Source: Octopus sinensis (lineage: Eukaryota). Taken from it: 64,000 bases of DNA. The stretch spans positions 23,932,001 through 23,996,000 of the forward strand of contig NC_043001.1 of assembly GCF_006345805.1 (NCBI RefSeq), given 5' to 3'. The notes beneath the pieces were generated by a model that worked only from the letters and a program-made list of their open reading frames with translations, did no database searches and had not been told where the DNA came from. Below are positions 38,322 to 50,810 of the stretch, in pieces. Position 1 is the stretch's first letter. Each line of letters starts with the position of its first letter. The position numbers and the translations under genes are program-made.

Positions 38322-40120
38322 TATGGGACTGCAATGGATACAAATGTTGCTCCAAATTACACCAATCTAGTCATGCATATATGGAGGTTCAGAGACATAA
38401 ACAATCTAAATTAAAATATACCTTGAACTTCCTCAAATATCTACCAGAAACTGGAAACAATGAGTGCCTAATCCTATGGACGCACACATCTGAACAACTT
38501 ATAGAGTTCAAAATCCTGATCAACAGCATAAACAATAATATCAGCTTTACCATAGAATGCAATAAAACTCAACATGGAATGCAATCTGGATATACTTATC
38601 ACCAAAAGAGATAAAAACATTGAAAAAGACATTCACTACAAACAAACAGATTCTAAACAATACTCATTGTTCTTCTCATGCCATCCCAAACACACAAAGA
38701 ATAATATTCCCTTTAATCTAGCGAGAAGAATCTGCACAACTGTCTCAAATCCTGAAACTCGCAATAAGAGACTATGAGCTAAATCAAATACAACTTAAAA
38801 GACAATATCCATTAATGTTAATAGACAACGGAATAGAACGTGCCAAAGCAATAAATATCTAAGAACTACGAACTACGAAAAACGCTTCAGGTACATCCAA
38901 TATTTATTACAACACACGACCCAGGAAACACAGAGGTTTACAATATTAACCACCAGAACATCCCATTACTAAAACAAAATTAAAAATAAAACACCCTTTC
39001 GAAATACACAAAATAATCAAAAGTAAAAGACAGTCAAAGTCTTCCCCCAAATTCCCCACAAGTGCTAAATTACGTTCAACAATTCCTACGCCAACAGTCA
39101 AAAAGTGTGGCCACTCCAATTGCAAGACTTTCATCAACCTTATTGAAGGCATAACATACAAATTCAAATCAGGACAGATTTTTATCGTAAAAAATCACAT
39201 TACATGTTCTTCGAGGAATTTAATATACTCTATCAAATGTCAAGGATGTAATGAAGATTATATAGGTCAAACAAAGCTTACTCTAAGAAACAGACTGACC
39301 ATTCACCAACAACAAATACGTGACCCAGTACTAGACTGATTCCACTGAATGGACGTAGACATATGTGCAAAAAATAAGTCCCCCAAATTCCAGATCTTTC
39401 CACTCTACTTATGTTCAGTGAATATCATAGATGAGGCACGATAAACACAGAAAATACTTTCATACAAAAGTGCAAACCATGACTTAACAAACTTTAACAG
39501 AGTACATACACGAATAACTATTCACACACAACATTCATTCTAGCACTTAACATGAGGAACTTACACAGCTAACGACCTAAATTTTAGCCACTGTACTACA
39601 TGCAAACGACCCCTGTCCACTCTCTCACCAGACACATTAAATTTAGGGAGCCTTTATTGTAACTAAACATGTTCACTCAACTGTGTCGGCCTTCTTTTTA
39701 GGCGCAAAACATACTGTCATGTGACACTGACGCACGGACTTAGCGGGAAACGTACAAATGGTTCTAAACTTAATCACGTGTTCATTCTCTAGAAACACTT
39801 GAATGAAAACAGTCAGAACATTGATTGTTTAGACACGTTTAGTCAACCATGTCAGTCTTAACTTACGATGCCAAACATTGTAACTTGATACAAACGCGCA
39901 AACGTAGCGGGGAATCTATAAAAATTTCTAAGACTAGTCTTGTGACTATCCTCTACCAATCAAATCCTATTCAAAGCATATACTAATTTGAGCCATGAAT
40001 TCCCTATAAAAATAGGGCAAGCTTCAAACACTAGTCAGAAGCAAGACAACTGCGTGATAAGTCGCGTGTCTTTATTTCAACTTTTTGAAAATCAGTGTAA
40101 ACTGCGAAACCGGTTAAATC
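38322..40120 (+). mobile_element. 5'-truncated Penelope-like element: RT C-terminal half, GIY-YIG endonuclease, 3' region
   Basis: GTAMDTNVAPNYTNLVM; DILI..DIHYKQTDSKQYSLFFSCHPKHTKNNIPFNLARRIC; NLIYSIKCQGCNEDYIGQTKLTLRNRLTIHQQQI; frameshifted. Confidence 0.92.
40082..40118 (+). ncRNA. HHR-like motif with U3-A8 core at the PLE 3' end
   Basis: UUU UUGAAAA U CAGU-GUAA-ACUG C GAAA CCGG UU AAA. Confidence 0.45.
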
Positions 40121-40180
40121 TTTAAATATAATAAGGAAAATTCTTTAACTATTCTCAGTACATTTTCAACTTCTATGTAC

Positions 40181-40214
<34 letters not shown>

Positions 40215-40217
40215 ATA

Positions 40218-40270
<53 letters not shown>

Positions 40271-40429
40271 TGTGTGTGTGTGCGTGCGTGCGTGCGTGTG
40301 TGTTTCAAGAAAAAGATATTTAAAAATATACAATCCATATTTCAGCTTTAAATTCATCGCTCTCGTGACCAAAAGGTATCTTTAAAATACCAACGTATAT
40401 GAAAGGTAAATAATTTATATTTAATATAT

Positions 40430-40611
40430 AGGCGTAGGAGTGGCTGTGTGATAACTAGCTTGCTTACCAATCACACGGTTTCGGGTTCAGTCCCACTGCG
40501 TGGCACATTGGGCAAGTGTCTTCTACTACAGCCTCGGGCCGACCAAAGCCTTGTGGGTGGATTTGGTAGACGGAAACTGAAAGAAGTCGTATATATACTT
40601 ATATATATATA

Positions 40612-40651
<40 letters not shown>

Positions 40652-40873
40652 TATGTGTATGTTTGTGTGTTTGTGTTTGTCCCCACAAAATCGCTTGACA
40701 ACCGATGCTGGTGTGTTTACCGTCCCCGTAACCTCACGGTTCGGCAACTGAGTCCGATAGAATAAGTACTAGGCTTACAAAGAATAAGTCCTGGGGTCTT
40801 ATTTGCTCGACTAAAGGCGCTGCTCCAGCATGGCCACAGTCAAATGACTGAAACAAGTAAAGGAGTAAAAGAG
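40430..40873 (+). mobile_element. SINE-B, full length
   Basis: Complete family match. Confidence 0.9.
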
Positions 40874-41589
40874 TATATATTATATACTACTGGTCATTTC
40901 AAGTAGATCAGAGATATATTCAATATATTAGAGTTTTCTTTTAATTATTTGTATAAACTGAAAGAAATGTTTTCACTGAAATATTTTTACCTGGCTGCAT
41001 GATTATACAAATGAAGATATTCACACAAGATTCCGACACTCGTCACGTGAAAGCAAGGAATGCTCGCATTAGAATTTAAATATTGCGTTTGATAAAACGT
41101 ATTATATACATCATTGTAACAACAGCGCTCCAAAGATATCAGACATTTTATCTTCCATGCAAAAGAATTATGATTAAAATGATTCTCTTCCAAAAGTAAA
41201 GTTAATGAATAAAATGTTGCCAATATTTACTTATCAATATATTTGGCATAAAATATAACTCCCCAGCATCTGGTTCTGAAATAATTTTCATACTGAATCT
41301 CCCAGTTTAAGAATGAAACCAATTATCCTAAGACTAATCACATTATTATGCGTAGGAGTGATTAGAGCTAGCTGCATTATTGGCTGGAGTCAGAAATAGC
41401 TGCTGCTAATGTAATCTTTATCTTGCTAGAGACCAGTTTGTTGTTTAATGGTTACGTGATAGACACCGAACGACTTGCTATTTGAATAAAAAATATTACT
41501 CACACACTGTTTCCGTTATCATATTTATAGATTATAGAATTGATCCTTAAAGTCTTCTGTTAGGTGATACAAAAAAGGGACATATATAT

Positions 41590-41830
41590 ATATATGATGC
41601 CATAATAGATCGTTAGCCACTACACACATTTTTTCTCTCCTTTTTTTCTTTCGTTTTTTTCTCTCCTTGTTTCTCTCCTTGTTTTTTTCTGTGTCCCTTT
41701 CTGTAGAAGAGCGTAGGCTCGAAACGTAAAAGACTTTTTCTATCCCTGAGCGTTATACTAATACATCTGTTTGTTTTGTGCATCACCTGTGTTCGTCTTT
41801 TGTTTTTTCGTAAACTCTCCCTATATATAT
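41590..41830 (+). mobile_element. About 240-bp element with HHR-like motif (41697-41732), flanked by (TA)n
   Basis: CUUU CUGUAGA A GAGC-GUAG-GCUC GAAA CG UA AAAG. Confidence 0.7.
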
Positions 41831-42408
41831 ATGAATATTAAAAAAAAAACTTCGTGAATAATAATTATTCCAGGTTATCAGGATATTTACTATTTTACAC
41901 TTCACACTTTTTTTATTTTACACTTTGCAAACCAAACAGTATCAATTATAATATTATTATTACAAATTTGGGATTATACCAATCGGACCACAACTTCAAT
42001 TTCAGGACAACCTTATTTTTTGGAGCACACATATCGAAAGTTCTGGCCCCTTTTCTCATCTCCTGGCATAAAGCTGTTTCTCTTAAGGTTCATAGTCTTG
42101 CAAGCAGCATGGTGACCTCATTAGAGATGGTGACATGAAAACAAGCATCCAGTGGATTGCAATGCAGTGCTTTGACTGGTTGGATCCTGTCAAACCTTTC
42201 CGCACATATGTTAAAGAATTAAGCTTTATCTGACAATAAAAGGAAGAAATGTATTAACTAGATTTTTTGGCATGTGAAACACTCGGAAACGGTGATTATT
42301 TTCATCGTTTCAGTCAGTTAAATATGTTTAAACCAAATCCGTTGTCATTCTAGTGTAAAGCAATACCATGTTTCTTCAGATCAATAAAGTAATGGAACGT
42401 GAATGGGG

Positions 42409-42521
42409 AAAATCAGAAAATGCATATATTCAGTCGATTCTCAAATACCACTACGTGCGCGAGCGCAATTGAGTTTATACATACATATATATGTGCGTAT
42501 GTATACGTACACACACACACA

Positions 42522-42570
<49 letters not shown>

Positions 42571-42714
42571 TTGCATCTACATATGTATATACAGACATGT
42601 TAACATGCATATACACACACAAAATCAGAAAATGCATATATTCAGTCAATTCTCAAATACCACTACGTTTATACATACATATGTATGTGTGTATGTATAC
42701 GTACACACACACAC

Positions 42715-42766
<52 letters not shown>

Positions 42767-43105
42767 GCATATACATATGTATATACAGACATGTTTACAT
42801 GCACATACACACACAAAATCAGAAAATGCATATATTCAGGCGATTCCCAAATACCACTACTTGCGCGAGCGCAATTGAGTTTATACATACATATACATGT
42901 GTGTATGTATACATACACACACACATATATATATATATATGCATATACATATGTATATACAGACATGTTAACATGCACACACACACACACACAAAATCAG
43001 AAAATGCATATATTCAGTCGATTCTCAAATACCACTAAGTTTATACATACATATATATATGTGTATGTATATACAGACATGTTAACATGCACGCACACAC
43101 ATATA
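42409..43105. repeat. Minisatellite, four units of about 110-210 bp in ABAB order
   Basis: AAAATCAGAAAATGCATATATTCAG at 42409, 42621, 42815, 42993. Confidence 0.92.
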
Positions 43106-43765
43106 TATATGAATACATACAAGTACACACGCATATATATATATAAATGCATACGCGATTGCAAGAGCAGGTATTCACATATATGTATGTAGTTAAATAT
43201 TTATTTATAACTACTTTCCCTTTTTTTTTAAACATTACCCACAAGGCACAATTTATATTTCCTGTAAAAAAAAATCATTTATGTCCATCGCCAGAATCCA
43301 TGCGCTTTTCATTAATTTATCTGGTGAGTAACATTTAATTTTCTGAGCTAAGTGAGAATGTTGGTTATTTTACAAGGTACGACTCACACTTTGCAAGCTG
43401 GAGGCGATTTTATCGATTGACTCAACTCTCGCATATTCCTGTGACACTACGTAACATGTGATGATCAATGTAAATAATGCATATTTAGACTTTCCCTGAA
43501 ATATAATTAAAATTAAGACTTCTAATTGAAGGCATGTATGTTCGACAACAGAAGAATTGCGTTTTCCACTTTATAAGGTATCACTCAACCTTAATCTAGA
43601 TGAAATTAATCGTTACCGGGAGGTTGTATATTTTCTGAATCTGTCTGTCTATCTGTCTGTCTGTCTATATCTGTCGATCTATCATTTTAACTATATACAT
43701 TTATATATATAACTGTGTGTATATGTGTATATATATGTATATATATATGTATATATATGTATATA

Positions 43766-43828
<63 letters not shown>

Positions 43829-43829
<1 letters not shown>

Positions 43830-44050
43830 TCCTGGTTCAGTTCCACAGCGTGGCATATTGGGCAAGTGTCTTCTATAGCCTCGGGCCGACCAAAGCCTTG
43901 TGAGTCGATTTGACAGACGGAAACTGAAAGAAGCTCGTCGTATATATGTATGTTTGCCCACACAACATCACTTAGTGTGTTTACGTCCCTGTAACTTAGC
44001 GGTTCGGCAAAAAGAGCCCGATAGAATAAGTACTAGGCTTCCAAATAATA
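43829..44050 (+). mobile_element. SINE-B, truncated
   Basis: Family match. Confidence 0.8.
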
Positions 44051-44112
44051 AGACCCAGCTGAGTGAAGAAATCCGCTCTTAGCTATTCAGACATGTACTT
44101 TATATTAAACAT

Positions 44113-44404
44113 GGAGGCGCAATAGCCCAGTGGTTAGGGCAGCGGACTCGTGGTTGTAGGATCGCAGTTTCTATTCCGAGACTGGGCGTTGTGAGTGTTT
44201 ATTGAGCGAAAACACCTAAAGCTCACGAGGCTCCGGCACGGGGTGGTGGCGATCCCATCTGTACTCTTTCGCCACAACTTTCTCTCAATCTTTCTTCTGT
44301 TTGCCTGCTCGCTTAGCCAGCGGGACGGTGTCATTTGAAGGTTAAAACAATGCGAAGCGCATTGTGACCAGCGATGTGTAGCAACATCTGGTCGGTCACG
44401 GTGA
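44113..44404 (+). mobile_element. SINE-C with tail type 1; 15-bp TSD
   Basis: CTTTATATTAAACAT at 44098-44112 and 44405-44419. Confidence 0.92.
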
Positions 44405-44469
44405 CTTTATATTAAACATACTGTCTAAAATATTTACGATGCGTAGATTCCAGGATAGGTGAATAACAA

Positions 44470-47120
44470 AAAGGTACAGGTAACAATTCATTACGGCCGT
44501 TTCTAGCGACTCCTTTATTTGATTAATAGGAACATTTCATTATTGTAAAAGAACCGTTTTCGTCAGATGAATTCATGATCTTCAAACATAAAAGAGAGTT
44601 CAACTTATCCAACATAGTTAACAAATTTATGGAGTCAAAATATTTACATTGATTCTGCTACTATTCAATTGACAGAACGAAATTATCAGAATGGTGTATA
44701 TTTGGTCAGAAAAAAGAATTTAGGGGTTATTAGAGTTTATAGCAGGAGGAGATAATTGACACAAGTGACCCAATTATCTAAACTTCTAAGAATAGAGGAA
44801 GGATCGGCTCCGATCGTTTAGATTTTAATCATAAGTAAGGTGTTTATGTGTACTGGTCAGTGGTGAGAAAAGCAATTATTGTCAGGTTAGCCTGCTAAAT
44901 TATAAAAGTGATGGAACTATGTGTCGGCTTAATCTTCGCAAATGGGCACGGCATAGGGGAGTGATTGATGAGGAGGGGGTGATTGTGAGGAGAAGAAAGA
45001 TAGAGGAAGTTGAATTTACTTACGTTTATTACTGTATGAAAGACCTTGAGAAATGATGAAATAAAATTTTAAAACAAAATAAAATAGGGGTGGTAATCAA
45101 ATCCACAATAGAAAAAAGTGGGACTATTACAATTTAGCATAATTCTAATGTTACACCATTAAAATAAATTTAGAAATTAGATATATAGGTAACGAATAAA
45201 TTGTATTTAAAATTATTAGAATGAAGTGAAGAAAAAATATTTTAAAAATATATAAAGAAGTGTATTAGATATGAAAATTTAGAATTTAGACCTATAAGCT
45301 ATTAAAGAATATAATGTATTTAAAATATATGATTTAAACATAAGATATACGATGAGGTCTATAAAATATAAACTGTAAAAAGTATATAATCTTTAAAGAC
45401 ATATATAAAAGATATATAAAAATATTTAAAAAATATAAAAAATAATTAAAATATATATATTTATAATTATAAAGGTATATATATATATATATATATATAA
45501 ATCATAGCAAGATTTTTATTATAAATTGAGAGTGAAAGAGAGAGAGAGAAATAAATATACCAGAATTTAATACAAATAAAGCTAAACGTGAAAATAGTTT
45601 TACAAATGCTTGTAAGGTATACAATAAAAATACATAAAAATAAAAAAATAATGACAGATCTTAGAGAACATAGTTTATACTTATGGGAGGTGCGAAATAT
45701 TAAAAAAACACTAGTAGTAAAGCTAAAAGCATATTTTATATCAACCTTATATGAAAGGAATTGATTTAGGAAATGTTTAGATACATAATGTATTAATAGA
45801 GTCTAAATTTTCTAAGTTATAACAATTTAAATTATAAATAATTATTTCCTAGTTTAAATCATAGAATAATCATTTCAACTCAAAGGTTATATTTGATTAA
45901 ATCACGAGAGAGTGCCTTAAGTATGAATTATTAAAGGAATACTTGATCTAGTTGATTATATAAGTATTATTAAAATTAACCAGCAATGTGAATGCCGATA
46001 TGTTAAAAAGAATATTTTGAAAAATGGTATTTCAAGAGTACCAAACATTTATTTCAAAATTTAGGATGAGTTACAATGATTCAACAAATAACTAAAATGT
46101 GGATGAGAAAAACAAATACCAGATTAAGAATTAATAACAAATTATTAATGAAGAAGTGCTAATTCTAGGGAGATGAGGTTAAATTAATTGTTATGTAGTT
46201 ACAATGCTTAACCCATGGAGTTATAAACTCAGTATACGTATAAACTCAGTATATGTAAAGATACAAAGTTAACTATACGGAGAATCACTATTTAGACAGA
46301 TGAGCTATAGTGTGTAAGGTATAAACGAATTGGGTGAAGAACAAGTTATCTAGACATCATGGTTAGTTATATAAAGAAGATAGCTACGCATAAAAGATCA
46401 AATGTGCTAAGGGTCACTATAACACAATACTAGAACACAAATGTGCTAAGGGTCACTAAAAACAATAATATTACGAAAAGTAAGCTATGAATGATAGGGA
46501 ACAGTGAGTAACTTATGTCCTCAAAGAGACAGTTGGAGGTATTTATCATTTACTGCTTCTAAAGTATTTAAAGGTACGGATAATACTATGAACGCGTGAC
46601 AACTTAAGATCTAATTTATTATCAATTAGGTTATCTTTATCTCTGTACTTGAATATTTCATATATCTCCATACAGCGTAGTCCACACCCATATCGGCTAT
46701 TTGTGCATGGCTGAGCTCTACGCATTATATCCCACTTTACATTGAATTTGATATTATTATCCTTGAGCTTCCAGATCTTCATTGATAATGATGTACTGAT
46801 AGCTTTATGTCTTAGTCTAAAGATGAAAGGTGGTTATTCCAACCTTTTTTCCATATCTGCAGAGCATCCGATATAAGTAAAATTATTAGTTTCCGTCATA
46901 ACTGTACATTTATATGTAACGCTATTTGTTACGATTGCAATTGCCCTTATTATAATTAGTTTTTCTTATCATATTATTAATAATTATAGAGTCATCATTC
47001 AGAGTACAGTTAAAATTCATAGAATTATTATCACGGATTACATCTCCACTACTCTGGGCGTTATAATTTGTATCATTGCTGTGTAATGGCGCCGAAGAAG
47101 AGACAGGTCTGAATCGGTTT
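44470..47120 (-). mobile_element. PLE-related segment: GIY-YIG pseudo-ORF (46546 to about 47120), about 2 kb AT-rich spacer, HHR-bearing end
   Basis: VTYKCTVMTETNNFTYIGCSADMEKR / NNHLSS / LSMKIWKLKDNNIKFNVKWDIMRRAQP..C..C matches the PLE endonuclease; no RT motifs seen. Confidence 0.7.
44485..44573 (-). ncRNA. Type-I HHR motif with extended stem II
   Basis: AAUUCAU CUGACGA [56 nt] GAAA CGGCCG UA AUGAAUU; 7-bp stem I, palindromic ACGGCCGU stem III. Confidence 0.72.
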
Positions 47121-47300
47121 TCCGTTTATATAGTTTCTATCGCAAGCCTCGTTGTGATCTCGCGCATGGCAAATGGATGCAGGTGGGGTCTCGCTCCAGT
47201 CTCGGAGATGGCAATGGCTGCCGCGAGATCTCATCCAATATGGCACTGGTTGCTTGTGCCGCTACACAATATCAGTTCATCACGAACATTTTTGTTCTCA
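47050..47300. promoter_or_regulatory. CpG-enriched promoter-like patch
   Basis: About 15 CpG in 240 bp; minus-strand TATATAAA 30 nt upstream of a TCT-motif match; YY1-like ATGGCG; CCAAT; TCTCGCG half-sites. Confidence 0.4.
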
Positions 47301-47765
47301 CAGAAAAGTGACGGTTTACACTGTTGTTGCAAAAGGAACAGCTGAACTTCCGCTTCCCCACTTAATCCCCTCTGTACAATATATATTTAATAATATTGGA
47401 TTGTGGCTATCGCATTATGTCGACATCGTTATTTATTTCTGCACATTTACAGAATTTGCGATATTCGAATGTATTTGAAATTTCGTTTGGTTAATTCTTC
47501 TGAGTTTCAATAAAATTCATAACGGACGAACCATTCTGATCTGTAGAGCTTCCTCTGAAATATGCAGTTTCTAAATTCCAAAACCGGCACTGATTAGATG
47601 GATAAAAGAAATAAGAAATCCATTGATATCTTAAGTCTCTGACGAATTTAAAGGTGGTCAAAATATGAAGAAGCTAAGCTGAAATAATTGGATGCTTTCA
47701 AGTGGAAAACTGACCGTGATGCAAGATGAGCATTGAATAATGGAAATCTGCAAATCTTCACTTAC

Positions 47766-47837
47766 ATTACAATGTTCTTCAGAATGGCGAGGTTGGCACA
47801 CAATATTATTCTTTATACATAAATGTGTAACATTGGG
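47766..47837 (-). CDS. Candidate isolated 72-nt exon (PNVTHLCIKNNIVCQPRHSEEHCN), DSL/EGF-like Cys spacing
   Basis: Acceptor CATTTCTGTTTTCAG, donor GTAAGT; one open frame; no partner exons found. Confidence 0.25.
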
Positions 47838-47910
47838 CTGAAAACAGAAATGGTCATTTTTTTGCTTTTTTTTAAATAGAAAATTGAGTTTTGAACAGGT
47901 AGAATCCATG

Positions 47911-48092
47911 ATGGTAGAATCGTTAGCACACTCGGCAAAGTGCTTAGCGGCATTTCATACGTCTTTACGCTCTGAGTTCAAAATTCCACAGAAGTCGACT
48001 CTGCTTTCCATTCCTTCAATGTTGATGAAATAAATAGCAGCTGAAAATTGGGGTCCCCAGAATTTTAGGCCCTGTACCTATAATAAAAAGAA
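47911..48092 (+). mobile_element. SINE-A, decayed, followed by (TTC)n
   Basis: Family match. Confidence 0.75.
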
Positions 48093-48207
48093 TTCTTCTT
48101 CTTCTTCTTCTTCTTCTTCTTCTTCTTCTTCTTCTTCTTCTTCTTCTTCTTCTTCTTCTCTTCTTCTTCTTCTTCTTCTTCTTCTTCTTGTTATCATCCT
48201 CATCATT

Positions 48208-48310
48208 ATTACTGAGAGACAGAGCAGTGCATACCATCACAGTGACACGGGGATAAAATATTCGAAGCCGAGTATACCCCTCATGATTACCAATTTGATA
48301 AGGGTACACA
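48208..48310 (-). mobile_element. Short 3'-end copy of the (AAT)n-associated retroposon
   Basis: Reverse complement matches the 3' end of 53471-54018. Confidence 0.7.
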
Positions 48311-49811
48311 GGGAAACGTGGCGTCTGGGAAGAGAAGCAGGTGACACATTTAAAAGCTAACTAGACCAGAAAATTTATCAGGAAAATGGCCATGGAAATG
48401 GTTATAGAAAAGACATAATGAAGATACATTTCGACGATAAGCCCAAAACTCCAACTTAGAAGAAAATACAAAGGACCCACCATGTTAACAATTCAATTCC
48501 ATCGAGCAAATTAAGACACTCAGACGAGGCACGAGCCCAAAGATGGCAGCAATGTTCAATGCAAAGTCGAATAATAGCCTCGTAAGGAAACAAGATACTC
48601 TTAGGCGTAAGAAATTTACAAGTACGGAATCCAACCTTTGTGGTAGCTTACACAGCAATGGCCTAAACATATTTGTTCTAAGAAAGACTCTTGGTCAAAG
48701 TAAAATCAAGGAGTCGGATACTGTAGCATTTTGGAAGATCAACCTCGCTATTGCAATGGAGGGAAGGAATGGCTGCCTATAAGATTAAGTGACAAAAGCT
48801 TTGTCTTGCTTTTGTAGCCGAAGCAATCCCTGGTTGAAGTAATTTCACCTCATTTATGCCTCTAATAAATGTGATAAAATCTCATTTGTCATAAGAACTC
48901 TCCCCTGATTACCATTAAATATAAGACCTTTTTATGCATTTTAAAAACTATTTCTTTATTGAAATATGTCCCGCTTCTCAAGTCGGTTTACTGGTTTCAG
49001 TTTTTAAACGAATGTTAGCCATACCTCATTTTTGTATAAAATTTTATTCCTTCGTAAAAATTCAATAATTTTTTGTTATTTTGAGTTTTCGTTTACCGAA
49101 CTACTACCAAGTGAAGAAACATCACCCCTCTTTACTAAACTTTTACAGGAGTGAGAGATACCGAAATGAGATCAACAACTCATAGCTAACTACTAGTTAG
49201 GGCTGGTGGCTATCAATTCCGTTGACTTATCCCTATTTTCCGGTTTGAATTTGAAGAAAATGAAATATCTAATAACTAAAACCGAAACAAATTAGAGCCT
49301 GCTAACTGAACATGACATATCTTATAAATTTAAATATAACATTTCATAAATTCATATATTTTCAGATTAACAGCTTGCACGCAGTCACCAGATAAAATGT
49401 TACTATTATTCTAATGAATCATAATACTCTCCATTTCAATTATAGCATCATAAGATTCACTATTACTAAGTTGATCATGGCCTGAAGGGGCATTTGTAGT
49501 TCTTCTGCGGATGTCTGATGTTATTCATAACGTTCTTTTGAATTGAATTTTGGACCAAATGATCAAGTAATTTTGTATTTGAGACTGAAAATATCTTTAA
49601 AATCATTTCGTTTAATTTGTTTTCTGTCATTATTAATATTTGTTTTAGTGTTAAGTTGATTGAGGAGAGAAGAAGTAACATGTGACCCTTGACTAACCAT
49701 CAACTACTACACTGATCCTTGTGAATATCACAACTGAAAGTGCCATCAAATAGGTTCTCGAAAGTAAGGAATTCAGAGCAGAAACATGTGGCTGAGCTCG
49801 GTTGGGCTTTC

Positions 49812-49992
49812 AAATTTTGGCACAAGGCCAGTAAATTCAGCGGAGGGAGATTAGTCGATTGCATCGACCCCAGTGTTCAACTGGTACTTATCTATCAACC
49901 CAGGCGGAATTTGAACTCAGAACGTAAAGACGGGCGAATTGGTGCTAACCATTTTGCCCGGCGTGTTAACGATTTGGCCAGTTTGCCGTCTT
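49812..49992 (-). mobile_element. SINE-A, decayed
   Basis: Family match. Confidence 0.75.
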
Positions 49993-50779
49993 AGGTATAT
50001 ATACTATATCAATCATTTCAATATAACTAATTTATATCTAGTCTTATATCCTACCCTTATCTCCAATCATTATAAGAAGTAGACCTATAAGATCGAAACA
50101 CTGAGTTTGAACATCTGTTAAGGATTTGAGAAAAATATATAGGATAATACACCATCTGATAGGGTCGCTTTCAAAGACAGTTTTCAAATTTTAATTAGTT
50201 TTTTTTATACTTTGTAGTATCTGATAGCAAGTCTCCAGGGCAGTTTGATAACTAGTTACACTATGTAAGAAACGGTGTAGTCGGAAACAGCATGTCATGA
50301 GATTGTTGTCTCCCTTCAAACTCGGAGGTCTACTCTGATAACATGCAGTAGAGTCAACTCCGCTAAAAGAACCAAAATTGAGATCTGGGGTATTTATATT
50401 GGACTGTGTCTCAAATTTCTAACGGAAGAGAACTGTGGAGCCAGAGTCCATATAGCCCTGTGCCAATTGTTTAGAATTTGAAGTAATCAAGAATATATGT
50501 CTGCCGACTCTGCAAGTAGACAAATGTCATCTCTCTTAAGACGCTAGCAATTTTTGCATTGTGTGTGTGTGTGTGTGTGTGTGTATATGAGTGAGTGAGT
50601 TTGTGTGTGTGTGTGAGTGTGTGTGCGCGTGTGTATATGTGAATGTGTCGGTATTTGTGTTGGTGTTTGTGTATTTGTATTTGCATGTATGCGTGCGTAT
50701 GTTTGCATGTATGAGAGAAAGAGGTTGAGAAAGCGGTTGAGAGAGAGAGAGCGAGAGCGAGAGAGAGAGAAAGAGATAG

Positions 50780-50810
<31 letters not shown>

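Noticed and set aside
41313-41399. Signal-peptide-like mini ORF MKPIILRLITLLCVGVIRASCIIGWSQK
   Set aside because: 28 codons, no convincing donor; expected by chance in AT-rich DNA.
42409-43105. CRISPR-like repeat/spacer appearance
   Set aside because: Spacers are homologous microsatellite-rich sequence, context is eukaryotic, and there are no cas genes.
43295-43323. Possible first exon MRFSLIYL with strong donor GTGAGT
   Set aside because: Too short to distinguish from chance; no downstream exon identified.
49475-49681. 68-aa minus ORF with possible terminal-exon acceptor
   Set aside because: No recognisable domain or linked exons.
50250-50470. Possible L1/Tx1-like fragment (LSPFKLGGL; NGRELWS)
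   Set aside because: Only two short motifs in different frames.
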